Shown piece by piece: positions 1 to 9,399 of a DNA stretch of 42,719 nt. How positions within the stretch are numbered: the stretch's first letter is position 1; the number at the start of each line of letters is the position of its first letter. Below the pieces are notes generated by a model, which was not told the origin of the DNA, did no database searches, and saw nothing but the letters and a program-made list of their open reading frames with translations. A program made the translations under genes and the position numbers. Source of the stretch: Patescibacteria group bacterium (lineage in GTDB: Bacteria; Patescibacteriota; Minisyncoccia; Phycocordibacterales; UBA2100); assembly GCA_038056635.1 (NCBI GenBank), contig JBBUFE010000001.1:7686-50404 (forward strand), read 5' to 3'.

Positions 1-31
1 AAAGTCCGACAGCATTACGGCTGTTCACACA

Positions 32-895
32 TTGAAGGACGACTTGCAGGGGGTCGTCCGTGATAACAAAATGTCATTAGTGCGCGCCGTCGCGCTTGAG
101 GTGGAAAAAAAACGGGGGCAAGATAAAAACGAGTACGCAGAAGCCCTTGAGCAGAAAAAGCGGCGCCACAAAATTTCTATTATTGTGTTCGCGGCAATTG
201 TGCTCGTCATACTCGGTGCTCTGGCCCTGTATGGCGTTTATACCGTCATGCGCGGAGTCGCTCCATCCGACACTATTCAGAATGAGGCCTCGTTTCTCTT
301 CACAGAGCAAACTGTCCCTTTTCAAATAGGAACGCTGTCGGGAATTGACCTTCGCCGCACGCTCGCACAGGTGCGTTATTCGAGAGAGGCTTCCCTCGGT
401 TCCATAACGCGCATCGTCCCGGTTATATCCCTGACAGATGGAAACGGCGCGCAAAGCGCGCATTCCGCTACGATTGATGAATTTTTTAAGGCGCTCGGGG
501 CAGAAGCAACTCCCGACCTTATCCGCGCATTCCGGGGGGATTTCTTCCTGGGGCTTCATATCGCGGACAAACCTGCGCCAGTTCTAGTCATACCCGTTGC
601 TTCCTATGAACGCGCGTTTGCCGGAATGCTCGCATGGGAAGCGACAATCAACGAGGACTTATCGCCGTTTTTCACTCTAGTACCCTCGCTCTCGACTGAC
701 GAAAACGGACTGTTGGTGAGGAGGCAGTTCGAGGATAATGTCATGCGAAACTACGATGTTCGCATACTTATAGACGATACGGGCGCCGTCAAATTGCTTT
801 ACTCATTTCCTACCCGCGACATTCTCGTAATCGCGGAGAGTCCATACTCGTTCACGGAAATTTTAAGCCGCCTCCGCGCGAGCCGGCAGTTGTAG
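32..895 (+). CDS. hypothetical membrane-anchored protein (single TM helix)
   Basis: 287-aa ORF with a charged N-terminus followed by the hydrophobic helix ISIIVFAAIVLVILGALALYGVY. The codon at 32 is TTG and the first ATG is at 71. The frame is open to the window edge, so the 5' end may be truncated. Confidence 0.55.
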   Translation: MKDDLQGVVRDNKMSLVRAVALEVEKKRGQDKNEYAEALEQKKRRHKISIIVFAAIVLVILGALALYGVYTVMRGVAPSDTIQNEASFLFTEQTVPFQIGTLSGIDLRRTLAQVRYSREASLGSITRIVPVISLTDGNGAQSAHSATIDEFFKALGAEATPDLIRAFRGDFFLGLHIADKPAPVLVIPVASYERAFAGMLAWEATINEDLSPFFTLVPSLSTDENGLLVRRQFEDNVMRNYDVRILIDDTGAVKLLYSFPTRDILVIAESPYSFTEILSRLRASRQL

Positions 896-903
896 GGGCG
901 CTC

Positions 904-963
904 GAAGACCGTGTGATTTTTGACGGAGGAATCACTCAAACCGTCAAAAATCACACGGTCTTC
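904..963 (+). terminator. perfect 23-bp inverted repeat hairpin downstream of the first ORF
   Basis: GAAGACCGTGTGATTTTTGACGG (904-926) and its exact reverse complement (941-963) flank a 14-nt loop. There is no clean U-tract, so it may be a terminator or a small palindromic element. Confidence 0.5.
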
Positions 964-1082
964 TTGCTGGAGTTGAGGGGAGAAATTCGGGTATCGTGAG
1001 GCAAGAAATGTGCTATTATCATTTTTATGGTGGGAGAGAAACTATTTAAAAAGACTTCCAGCGCAAGAATGCCGGGAGGTGT

Positions 1083-2306
1083 ATGAGATTCTTAAGCCGA
1101 ATCTCCACTATTCCGAAAAATATCTGGGGCTTTGCGTATTATGATTTCGCTAATTCGGCTTACTTTCTCGTCTACTTGAGTTTTCTTTTGCCGATTTATT
1201 TCTCTACTATCCTACTGTCTAAGGGATACAGCCTCGGCGCATGGGGAACAGCAAACGCCGTTTCTACTTTTCTCGGAGTGCTTTTAGCAGTAGTTGCCGG
1301 AAAATACGCGGACACAACTAACCGCCTAGAAATTTTTAGGTACTCTGTCTTTCTTAGTTTTATCGGAATGCTTTCCGTCTCGTTATCAATCGGATATTTT
1401 CCTGCATCCGTATACTGGATATTCATTATCGCCAACACTTTTTTCGTCGCGTCGCTTTCAATTTCCGATTCAATGCTCCCGCATGTTTCCGACAAAACGA
1501 CTAGTTATACCTATGGAGGCTTCGCGTGGGGATTCGGCTATTTAGGCGGAATAGCCAGTCTCTTAATTGTCGTTTTTCTGCAAAAAATAACCGGTGATTA
1601 TTCTTTCTCTGTATTTGCAAGCGTCGCAATCTTTTACTTGATTTTTTCTCTTTACTCTATCCGCAAACTTTCCGGCACGCCTCTTAACCCGGATTCAGCT
1701 TCCGACAAAACGGCAAACATGCTTTCTCCCGGCCGAGAGAAGCTTCTCTTTCTCGGCTACTGGCTGATAAGTGAATGCATTACCGTCGTTTTTCTTTTCT
1801 TTTCTATCTTTGCGTCTCAAGAGCTTCGTCTCTCAACATTCGTCATAGGAGTGCTGCTGCTTTTTGTCCAACTTATCGCTTTTCCCGCAACATATCTCGG
1901 CGGGATGCTTGCCGAGCGGCGTAATCCGCAAACGCTCCTAGGAATTACCATTGCCCTTTGGGGAGTTATTATTCTGCTCCTCGTTCTGTTTAAAGGTTTT
2001 ATCGTCTTGGCAATCGTTGTTTTCTTAACAGGGCTTGTCATTGGAAATAGCCAATCGTATATGCGCGCCCAGTATTCAACCTTAATAAAAAAGGGAGAGT
2101 CGGGGTTGCGCTTCGGATTTTATTCAATTGTTTCCAAGGCATCTGTCATCGTCGGTCCGGTTGCATATGGATTTGCAAGCGACCAACTGCAGAGCCAAAA
2201 GATACCCATAATAATTTTGTATGCGCTTATGGTTCTAGGGTACGTGCTGACCCGGAAAGCTCTGGCACCCGCTAATACGCGGGGCGCTGGTCTTTCTATC
2301 GTCTAG
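1083..2306 (+). CDS. MFS-type transporter (UMF1/Atg22-like)
   Basis: 407 aa with about 12 hydrophobic helices. The N-terminal WGFAYYDFANSAYFLVYLSF pattern is typical of UMF1-family permeases. GGGAGG lies 3 nt upstream of the ATG. Confidence 0.7.
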   Translation: MRFLSRISTIPKNIWGFAYYDFANSAYFLVYLSFLLPIYFSTILLSKGYSLGAWGTANAVSTFLGVLLAVVAGKYADTTNRLEIFRYSVFLSFIGMLSVSLSIGYFPASVYWIFIIANTFFVASLSISDSMLPHVSDKTTSYTYGGFAWGFGYLGGIASLLIVVFLQKITGDYSFSVFASVAIFYLIFSLYSIRKLSGTPLNPDSASDKTANMLSPGREKLLFLGYWLISECITVVFLFFSIFASQELRLSTFVIGVLLLFVQLIAFPATYLGGMLAERRNPQTLLGITIALWGVIILLLVLFKGFIVLAIVVFLTGLVIGNSQSYMRAQYSTLIKKGESGLRFGFYSIVSKASVIVGPVAYGFASDQLQSQKIPIIILYALMVLGYVLTRKALAPANTRGAGLSIV

Positions 2307-2330
2307 CCACGGGAAGTTTCGTCGTGTATC

Positions 2331-2708
2331 ATGTCGTCAATGCAACACGTTAATCCACAAGACTTGAGCGAACTGCGCGTAGCGCTTGAAACAGAACTTG
2401 AGAATCTTGAAGAGGAGCTTGCTTCGCACGGGCGGGCAGTTCCGGAAAGCGGAGATTGGCAGGGGACGACGGGCGGGCTTGTCGGCGAAGAGCCGGACCC
2501 GAACGACGCCGCGGACCAGATGGAAGAGTTGGCTACAAATGTCCCTCTCGTAGAGGAGCTTGAAAAGCGATACAAGGGGGTCGCTAGCGCTCTGCAAAAT
2601 ATGGAAAAAGGAACCTATGGCGTTTGCGAAGATTGCGAGGAAGCAATTCCAGTGGACAGATTGCGAGCTAACCCAGCGGCACGCACTTGCATTTTGCACA
2701 GCAAATGA
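2331..2708 (+). CDS. DksA/TraR-family C4 zinc-finger protein
   Basis: 125 aa with an acidic coiled-coil N-terminal part. The C-terminal CEDCEEAIPVDRLRANPAARTCILH carries the CxxC-17-C motif of the family. Confidence 0.8.
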   Translation: MSSMQHVNPQDLSELRVALETELENLEEELASHGRAVPESGDWQGTTGGLVGEEPDPNDAADQMEELATNVPLVEELEKRYKGVASALQNMEKGTYGVCEDCEEAIPVDRLRANPAARTCILHSK

Positions 2709-2710
2709 TG

Positions 2711-2808
2711 AGTAGTGAGTGGTCAGTAGTTAGTAGTTCGTAGTTAAAAACACAACTGGATTGTCCCCTTTATTCACTACTGGCTACGGGCTACGGGCTG
2801 TAAGCTAA
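2711..2808. repeat. heptamer-array inverted repeat (GTAG / CTAC cores)
   Basis: The left arm at 2711-2745 is AGTAGTG AGTGGTC AGTAGTT AGTAGTT CGTAGTT. The right arm at 2774-2808 is TCACTAC TGGCTAC GGGCTAC GGGCTGT AAGCTAA. The arms are partly complementary and fill the dksA-comM spacer. Confidence 0.7.
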
Positions 2809-2812
2809 TTCA

Positions 2813-4366
2813 ATGGGAAAAAAACAGAAAATTGCTTCAGGTTTCGCGCGACTTTTTGGGGCACAGCCCGCGCTCCCGCGCGCGCACGTCGTCTCTGTTG
2901 AAACAGACATAACGAAGGGCTTACATGCATTCACAATAGTCGGGCTTCCAGATAAATCAGTTGAGGAAGCGAAAGATAGAATAGCGTCGGCAATAAAAAA
3001 TAGCGAATTTGAATCGCCCAAGAGAAGCAATAAGAAGATTGTCATCTCGCTCGCTCCCGCCACTTTGAAAAAAGAGGGCGGGGCTTTTGATTTGCCGATG
3101 GCGCTTTCGTTTATGCTTGCTTCGGAGCAGGTTAAATTTAATCCTGCGGGAAAGTTGTTCGCCGGAGAACTAGCGCTCGACGGAGAAGTGCGCGGGATAC
3201 TGGGCGCTCTTTCCATTGCAATTTCTGTGCGCGATAAGGGTTTTAAAGAATTTTTCCTGCCCGAAGAAAATCTGGAGGAGGCATCTTTGGTTTCCGGAAT
3301 CACGCTCTTCGGCGTGCACACGCTTAAAGAATTGCTCGAGCATTTAAATGGGGAGAGGAGCATCGCGCCTTACATAAAAAAGGAGGGTTCCCGCACCAAT
3401 AAAGCGCAGGAGATTGAAGGGCCTATTTTTGACGACATAAGAGAGCAGAGTAGTGCAAAACGCGGACTGGAAATCGCCGTTGCTGGCAGGCACAACATCG
3501 CGCTGTATGGTCCGCCGGGAACTGGAAAAACGATGCTCGCTCGCGCGGCCACCTCCCTTTTGCCGGAGCTTTCTTTGGAGGAAGTAATCGAGGTAACGAT
3601 GATTCACTCGCTCGCAGGAACATCAGAAGGGCGCGCGATTGTCCGCGCGCCGTTCAGAAGCCCCCACCACACCTCTTCGTACGCATCTTTAATCGGCGGC
3701 GGCTCAAGCCCTCGCCCAGGAGAAGTTACTCTCGCTCACAGAGGCGTTTTATTTCTTGATGAATTTCCGGAATTTCACCGCGATGTCGTGCAAGCGCTCC
3801 GCGAACCGCTGGAGGACAAGGTGGTTTCGATATCGCGCGCCAAAGGCTCCGCGATATTTCCAGCAAACTTCATGCTGATTGCGGCGCTAAACCCTTGCCC
3901 TTGCGGATTTTGGGGGAGCGCGCGATGTGAATGCATGCCCCACGTTGTTGAAAAATACCGGCGCAAAATTTCCGGGCCGGTCGCTGACCGAATAGACATG
4001 TGGGTTTCCGTCGGCGACATCGCGCCCGAAGCTATGGCAATGCGCAAAAGAAAAGCTACCGGCGAGACCGAGGCAGTGCGTGAAAGAATAGTGAAGGCAC
4101 GCGCTCGACAGAATGAACGATTTGCAGATACAAAAGGAGTCTCCACAAATGCCGATATGAAAGCCAAGCAACTAGATACGCTCGCAAAACTGACGCAGAA
4201 GGCGGAAGAAACATTAATCGGCGCCGCCCGCTCTCTCAAACTTTCTCCTCGCGGCTACCATCGCACCATCAAACTCGCCCGCACCGTCGCCGACTTGGTT
4301 GGCAGCGACACTATTGAACCCCCTCACATGCTCGAGGCATTGCAATACAGAGCCCGCGAGTTGTGA
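2813..4366 (+). CDS. comM: Mg-chelatase-like ATPase ComM/YifB
   Basis: 517 aa with a Lon-like N-terminal domain, Walker A GPPGTGKTML, Walker B VLFLDEFPEF, and CPCG and C-terminal helical regions typical of YifB/ComM. Confidence 0.9.
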   Translation: MGKKQKIASGFARLFGAQPALPRAHVVSVETDITKGLHAFTIVGLPDKSVEEAKDRIASAIKNSEFESPKRSNKKIVISLAPATLKKEGGAFDLPMALSFMLASEQVKFNPAGKLFAGELALDGEVRGILGALSIAISVRDKGFKEFFLPEENLEEASLVSGITLFGVHTLKELLEHLNGERSIAPYIKKEGSRTNKAQEIEGPIFDDIREQSSAKRGLEIAVAGRHNIALYGPPGTGKTMLARAATSLLPELSLEEVIEVTMIHSLAGTSEGRAIVRAPFRSPHHTSSYASLIGGGSSPRPGEVTLAHRGVLFLDEFPEFHRDVVQALREPLEDKVVSISRAKGSAIFPANFMLIAALNPCPCGFWGSARCECMPHVVEKYRRKISGPVADRIDMWVSVGDIAPEAMAMRKRKATGETEAVRERIVKARARQNERFADTKGVSTNADMKAKQLDTLAKLTQKAEETLIGAARSLKLSPRGYHRTIKLARTVADLVGSDTIEPPHMLEALQYRAREL

Positions 4367-4377
4367 GTAAAAGGCGT

Positions 4378-4407
4378 CATTCTAACATTTTGCAAAATGT
4401 TAGAATG
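4378..4407 (+). terminator. 30-nt perfect palindrome after comM
   Basis: CATTCTAACATTTTGCAAAATGTTAGAATG starts 12 nt after the comM stop. It has the same TTTTGCAAAA centre as the hairpin at 33481-33508. Confidence 0.5.
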
Positions 4408-4624
4408 AGAGAAAGAAGAGATAAACGATAGGAATGGGTCGCGGTTGAATGGGGAGCGGAGCGAGAGGTATGTAGATAATTACTGTTCCCGCGTTTGTCA
4501 TAAATAGTGAAAACAAAACCAGTTTCACCCCCCCCGCTAATTACATCGAAAAGTTCCCACGCACAAACCAACCCCTCGGCGGGGAATTTTAGTCCACGGA
4601 TAGATTCTTCCAGCCTCACCCCAA

Positions 4625-4778
4625 AGAAACTACGGCGAGGCGCAGGTCTTGCGGGGTGTCTAGCAGGCCGACGGGCCGAGAGTGAGCGCGCGGACCGCAG
4701 GCACGAGAGTGCCGAAGGTGCCGACGGTAGTAACCGTCGGCCAGCGACCCCGAAAGGCCTGCGCCTTGGCTAGTTTCT
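4625..4778. ncRNA. GC-rich structured element of unassigned class (candidate ncRNA, alternatively a palindromic mobile remnant)
   Basis: GAAACTA (4626-4632) pairs with TAGTTTC (4771-4777). GGCGCAGGTCTTGCGGGGT (4639-4657) pairs with ACCCCGAAAGGCCTGCGCC (4747-4765), 18 of 19 positions. GGCCGACGG (4666-4674) and GCCGACGG (4720-4727) compete for CCGTCGGCC (4734-4742). A GGCAC-GAGA-GTGCC tetraloop hairpin lies at 4700-4713. The element is visibly more GC-rich than the surrounding sequence (judged by eye, not computed). Confidence 0.35.
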
Positions 4779-4780
4779 AC

Positions 4781-5800
4781 CTAAATCCTCTCCTTGCTCT
4801 CCGAAAAATAAACCCTACCTCTCGGAATGCCGAACGACTTCAAGCGCTTCACAATAAAATCATTCATTGCTTTTTCCGTCTTGAATTTCAAAACTTTATT
4901 TTTATCTATCACAGCCCACTGTCCGACGGTTCGCAGAACATCTACCTTGTTGAAGACGATATGCGTGACGCCGTTCATTCGAATCGCGCGCTCGAGCGTC
5001 TGCATATTCATCCAATTGCACTGGCGGCGGCGGCCAGTGGTTGAACCGAATTCCTCGCCAATATCTCCAATTTTGTCGAAGATCTCGCCCTTGGGCTGGA
5101 ATTTTTTGCTTCCAACATAAGTCTCATAGATTTTTGCAACGCCCCACACATCGCGGATTGCAGTCGCAGGAAGCCCATTTAAGAGTGCCCCCGCAGTCGT
5201 GCAGTGAGAAGAAGTGACGAAAGGATAATCGCCCCAATCTATGTCGAGCCCGAATCCTTGCGCGCCCTCGGCGAGAATTTGTACATCGCCTTTTGAGCCC
5301 CTCGACTTCGTCCGGGGTAAATACCACTCCTTATACAAATCAACGAGATACGATTTCAGACTAGCCACTTTCTCCGCGCGCACCCCTGTGCGCCCGTACT
5401 TATCGCGATACGCGGGGCCGTTTCCGCGGCCGGTCGTTCCAATTTTCGCTCCTCGCGCTTTATCTTCCGCCTTGTGCGCATCCGTAATTGCATGCGCGTT
5501 TCGCGCGATGAAAATTTTGCCCGCGGTTTTAACTCCGCCATCTTCCAGCATTTTAATTTCGCGAAAAAACTGGTCCGGGTCTACCACACAGCCGGAACCA
5601 ATCACCGAGCGAACTCCAAAAAAAACTCCCGCCGGAATGTGGTGGGTGATAAATTTCTTTCCTTTATGAAAAATCGTGTGGCCCGCGTTGCACCCGCCAT
5701 TGTAGCGGAGCACATGGGTATATTTCTTATTCTTGCACAAAAAGTGGGCGACCTTGCCCTTTCCGCAATCTCCATATTGGAGATCGACTATGACATCCAT
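4781..5800 (-). CDS. purA: adenylosuccinate synthetase (short form)
   Basis: The N-terminal MDVIVDLQYGDCGKGKV matches the PurA P-loop (GxQxGDEGKGK). GHTI, TTGRGNGPAY and GSTTGRRR motifs are present. I placed the start at the ATG at 5800. Longer in-frame starts at 5854 (ATG) and 5869 (GTG) lie inside a MITE-like element. Confidence 0.8.
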   Translation of the reverse strand: MDVIVDLQYGDCGKGKVAHFLCKNKKYTHVLRYNGGCNAGHTIFHKGKKFITHHIPAGVFFGVRSVIGSGCVVDPDQFFREIKMLEDGGVKTAGKIFIARNAHAITDAHKAEDKARGAKIGTTGRGNGPAYRDKYGRTGVRAEKVASLKSYLVDLYKEWYLPRTKSRGSKGDVQILAEGAQGFGLDIDWGDYPFVTSSHCTTAGALLNGLPATAIRDVWGVAKIYETYVGSKKFQPKGEIFDKIGDIGEEFGSTTGRRRQCNWMNMQTLERAIRMNGVTHIVFNKVDVLRTVGQWAVIDKNKVLKFKTEKAMNDFIVKRLKSFGIPRGRVYFSESKERI

Positions 5801-5817
5801 GCTTAACTTTGACACAG

Positions 5818-5952
5818 CCCCGACACCAACCTTGCGTTTAATTTTGCGAGACATATTTAACAAATGCACAAGAAACCACCGTTATACGGAAGTTGGAATA
5901 AAAGGCTCCGAGCACCGGCAAAACTAGAGCGAAACGCAAGTTGGTGTATGGG
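5818..5952. mobile_element. MITE-like element, copy E (135 bp)
   Basis: The terminal inverted repeats are CCCCGACACCAACCTTGCGTTTAATTTTGCG and CGAAACGCAAGTTGGTGTATGGG. They are flanked by a perfect 5-bp direct repeat, CACAG, at 5813-5817 and 5953-5957. Confidence 0.7.
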
Positions 5953-5974
5953 CACAGCTGACTCATAGTAACAC

Positions 5975-6028
5975 TCCACAGATTGCGTGCAATCTGTGGA
6001 AATTTTTAATTTTTAATTTTTAATTTTC
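5975..6028. repeat. 26-nt palindrome followed by (AATTTTT)x4
   Basis: TCCACAGATTGCGTGCAATCTGTGGA lies at 5975-6000. It is followed by AATTTTT AATTTTT AATTTTT AATTTTC at 6001-6028, which runs into the stop codon of the minus-strand M23 gene. Confidence 0.6.
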
Positions 6029-7145
6029 AAAACGGGTTTCTGATTCCATTTCTTATCTCAAAGTGGACGTGTGGGCCGGTCGCCTTGCCAGTTGCACCCA
6101 CATAGGCGATTACTTGGCCCTTCACAACGCGCTCCCCAGAGTAAACGATGACTCTGGACGCGTGGCTGTAAAGAGTCTGCGCGCCGTTATCGTGCTGAAT
6201 TACGACATAGCTTCCATATCCGCCGTTCCATCCGCCATCTTTCGCAACGACGACATCTCCGCTTGCAGAAGCAAGTATCGGGGCCCCGGCGTAGGTCGCC
6301 AGGTCTACGGCATTGTAGCCGTGAATGCCTTGGCTTTTACGGCCGCTCAAAATTGGACGCAAGTAGTAACTCTGTCCGCTTGCCCCTCCCGGCTCTGCAC
6401 TGCGCGCCGGCTCCGAGGCAGTCCTTGTCTGTGCGGGAGCCGAAATCTCGCCATCCGGAATTATGAGTTCATCTCCTATCGCAAGCGAACTGCCTTCTAT
6501 GCCGTTAAAATTCGCTATCTCGCCGGCATCCCCTCCAAACCGTTTGGCTACGGAGGCAAGCGTGTCGCCTTTCTTTACCGTGTATCTCACTCCCGTTACA
6601 GGGAGAATAGTCAGAATTTGTCCGACCTTAAGCGACGACGCTCGCGAGATATCATTCGCCCAAAGAATCGTATTCGGTGATACATCAAAAAGCTTGGCAA
6701 TGCCGGAGAGCGTGTCTCCCTCGCGCACCACATACACGCTGACTGTGCCGTTCTTTGGCTTTTCGATGTCAGCGATGGTCCCCGATGGACCCTCTTCCGG
6801 CATGAGAGCGGAGCCGTCCACTATCGTTATGTCGCCGCCGCCTCGCCCAGAGGTAGGGTCAATGTTCATTGCGGGCTTTAAAAGTGCCATCGTCTGGACG
6901 TTTCCAGTTACAGTCGCCGCCTGCTCCTTGGAATTTATCTTACCAATTGAAGCCCAAAAGTCGCTAAAAACACCGGCTTTTGCGGTGTTCGGCAGAAGGG
7001 TTCCCGCCATCAGGAGCAGAGAAACCAAGGAAACTGCCGTGCTAACGGTTCTCGATGTCCGGTGTGTCCCCTTGTGCGCGGGTCGTAAATCCGCGCCAGA
7101 GTCCTTTATTGGGTTTGCAATATGCGTTTTTGGCCGGTAGCACAA
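6027..7145 (-). CDS. LysM-domain M23 peptidoglycan metalloendopeptidase
   Basis: There are two LysM repeats (YVVREGDTLSGIAKLF..., YTVKKGDTLASVAKRF...). The C-terminal M23 motifs are HGYNAVDL, GYGSYVVIQHDNG and GATGKATGPHVHFEI. A signal/anchor segment AVSLVSLLLMAGTLLP is present. The codon at 7145 is TTG, so the start is uncertain. Confidence 0.85.
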   Translation of the reverse strand: MCYRPKTHIANPIKDSGADLRPAHKGTHRTSRTVSTAVSLVSLLLMAGTLLPNTAKAGVFSDFWASIGKINSKEQAATVTGNVQTMALLKPAMNIDPTSGRGGGDITIVDGSALMPEEGPSGTIADIEKPKNGTVSVYVVREGDTLSGIAKLFDVSPNTILWANDISRASSLKVGQILTILPVTGVRYTVKKGDTLASVAKRFGGDAGEIANFNGIEGSSLAIGDELIIPDGEISAPAQTRTASEPARSAEPGGASGQSYYLRPILSGRKSQGIHGYNAVDLATYAGAPILASASGDVVVAKDGGWNGGYGSYVVIQHDNGAQTLYSHASRVIVYSGERVVKGQVIAYVGATGKATGPHVHFEIRNGIRNPF

Positions 7146-7349
7146 TCGAGCGTTTCAGTCGAAAAATGGCTTTATATCTTGCTTTTCGAGAAGATAGACC
7201 ACAAAGGAAAAACGGTAATGCCACCGTGCCCCACAACTGTACCTGGCTCACCCGGAGAGTCAACAGTGTCTGTATCTGACGAGGGGATAACTCTTTTGTC
7301 AAATTTTCAGGACAAGCCGTGATATAGTTCGTCGGTTATAGAAAATTAT

Positions 7350-9254
7350 ATGGCCTCTCCCGGCGCGAAATATCTTGATGGCCTAAATGAGGCTCAAAAA
7401 CAGGCTGTTTTGCACAAAGATGGACCGCTTTTAATCGTCGCCGGCGCCGGAGCGGGCAAGACTAAAACCATAACCCATCGAATCGCACATCTAATAGAGA
7501 GTGGCGTCCCGGCCAGAAGCGTCCTCGCAGTGACATTTACCAACAAGGCGGCAGGGGAAATGCGCGAGAGGGTGGGCCGGCTTCTTCCCGCGAGACTAGG
7601 CGGATTGCCTTTGGTTACGACATTCCACTCGTTGGGCGTTCGGCTCTTGCGAGAGTTCCACAAGGAGGCTGGCGTCCCGCGCGGATTCTCAATCTGGGAC
7701 CAAGACGACAGTACGCGAGCCGTCAGAGCCATTCTGAAACAGCTTGGAACGGAAGAATGGACGCCTCGACAAATACTTTCCGCAATTTCACGCGAAAAGG
7801 GTAGGGGTATGGCGATGCGCGACTATCGTGAGCGTGCGGGAAACCGGCGCGAGCAAATGGTGGCGCTCGTATGGGAGCGCTATGAAAAAACTCTCGCCGA
7901 GGAAAACTCTCTGGATTTTGACGACCTGTTGGTCCGGGCCCTCACGCTTCTTCGCGAATCGCCAAAAACACTTTCGCTTCTCCAAAATCGCTGGCGCTAT
8001 CTGACAATTGATGAGTATCAGGATACGAACACCACACAATATGAAATTGCGCGACTCTTGGCTGGAGAACGAAAAAACATCTGTGCAGTAGGTGACATCG
8101 ACCAACTTATTTATCAGTGGCGTGGAGCAGATATGGCAAATCTGCTTTCATTCGAGAAAAATTTTTTGAATTCAACAGTAATTCTGCTCGAACAAAACTA
8201 CCGCTCGACTAGAACAATCCTAGCCGCGGCAAATTCAGTGATTGAAAAAAATTCCAATCGTATTCCAAAAACACTTTTTAGCGAGGGAAAAACTGGAGAA
8301 CCAATTGCAATTTACGGCGCAATGGACGAGCGCGGCGAAGCATGGTTCGTTGTGGAACAATCGGCTCTTCTTATAAACAAGGGGGTGTCCGCGCATGAGA
8401 TTGCAGTTCTATATCGCGAAAATTCACAGTCTCGAGTTTTAGAGGAAGCGTTTTTGCACGCAGGTTTGCCATATCGAGTTTTGGGTACCCGATTCTTCGA
8501 GCGCAAGGAAGTGAAAGACGTGCTTTCATATCTGCGTGCCGTACTTAATCCTAAAAGCAAGAATGACATTATGCGCATCGTTGGCGTACCGCCGCGCGGC
8601 ATCGGGAAAGTAACGCTTGAAAAGATGCTGGCAGGCGAATCACTGGGTGCCGCAGGGGCGAAAGTCGCGAAATTTCAAGAGTCGCTCGCAAAAATCCGAG
8701 AGGCGGTAAATATTCTTCCCGCTTCCGAGGCAGTAAAATTCTGCATTGAGGAAAGCGGGATACAAAAAATGTATGCAGATAAGACGGAGGAGAGCCGCGA
8801 ACGGCTTGGCAATGTGCGCGAACTTGCGAACCTCGCCGCGAAGTACGAAAACGACGAGCCACCCTCGGGAATTGAACGACTTTTGGAAGAAGCCGCGCTA
8901 CAGAGCGAGCAAGACCAACTTGATATCACCAAAGAAAAAGGAGGAGTTTCTCTTATGACGGTACACGCGTCAAAAGGTCTTGAGTTTGATGCGGTTTTCG
9001 TAGTCGGGCTTGAGCAAGGACTCTTCCCGTCTTTGCGCGATGACCAAGAGCGCGACCCGGAAGAAGAGCGGCGACTTTTTTATGTGGCTCTCACGCGCGC
9101 TCGCAAGCATTTGTTCCTGATTTATGCGCACGAACGCACGAAATACGGTTCGCGGGAAGGAGCGATGCCATCGGAATTCTTATCCGATATTGATCCTCGA
9201 TTGATGAAGTACGCGACGGAAGAGGCTGGGGGGAAAGAGGATATTATTGAATGA
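7350..9254 (+). CDS. uvrD: UvrD/PcrA-family ATP-dependent DNA helicase
   Basis: 634 aa with Walker A AGAGAGKTKTITHR, and the motifs TFHSLG, DEYQDTN, NYRST, VLYR, TVHASKGLEFD and VALTRAR. Confidence 0.9.
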   Translation: MASPGAKYLDGLNEAQKQAVLHKDGPLLIVAGAGAGKTKTITHRIAHLIESGVPARSVLAVTFTNKAAGEMRERVGRLLPARLGGLPLVTTFHSLGVRLLREFHKEAGVPRGFSIWDQDDSTRAVRAILKQLGTEEWTPRQILSAISREKGRGMAMRDYRERAGNRREQMVALVWERYEKTLAEENSLDFDDLLVRALTLLRESPKTLSLLQNRWRYLTIDEYQDTNTTQYEIARLLAGERKNICAVGDIDQLIYQWRGADMANLLSFEKNFLNSTVILLEQNYRSTRTILAAANSVIEKNSNRIPKTLFSEGKTGEPIAIYGAMDERGEAWFVVEQSALLINKGVSAHEIAVLYRENSQSRVLEEAFLHAGLPYRVLGTRFFERKEVKDVLSYLRAVLNPKSKNDIMRIVGVPPRGIGKVTLEKMLAGESLGAAGAKVAKFQESLAKIREAVNILPASEAVKFCIEESGIQKMYADKTEESRERLGNVRELANLAAKYENDEPPSGIERLLEEAALQSEQDQLDITKEKGGVSLMTVHASKGLEFDAVFVVGLEQGLFPSLRDDQERDPEEERRLFYVALTRARKHLFLIYAHERTKYGSREGAMPSEFLSDIDPRLMKYATEEAGGKEDIIE

Positions 9255-9267
9255 GAAAAGGACCTCG

Positions 9268-9399
9268 CCCATACACCAACTTTGGCATCATTTTGCGGAA
9301 TCAATGCCGACAGATCACAGGTGTTGCTAACTAGAGTAATATATCCTTAAGAAATATATATGCGGCAAAATAGACGCAATGCCAAAATTGGTGTCGGGG
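9268..9399. mobile_element. MITE-like element, copy A (132 bp)
   Basis: The TIRs are CCCATACACCAACTTTGGCATCATTTTGCGG and CGCAATGCCAAAATTGGTGTCGGGG. There is no flanking direct repeat. The element contains the ATG (9360) used by the rsmA ORF. Confidence 0.55.

Noticed and set aside
4367-4780. tmRNA, tRNA or a canonical RNase P RNA in the comM-purA gap (and in 34986-35440)
   Set aside because: I could not find a tRNA-like T-arm or acceptor end (GGTTCGAATCC...CCA) or a GGGG...TTCGAC 5' end. RNase-P-like words occur in the wrong order for a P1-P4 fold. The element is kept only as an unassigned structured-RNA candidate.
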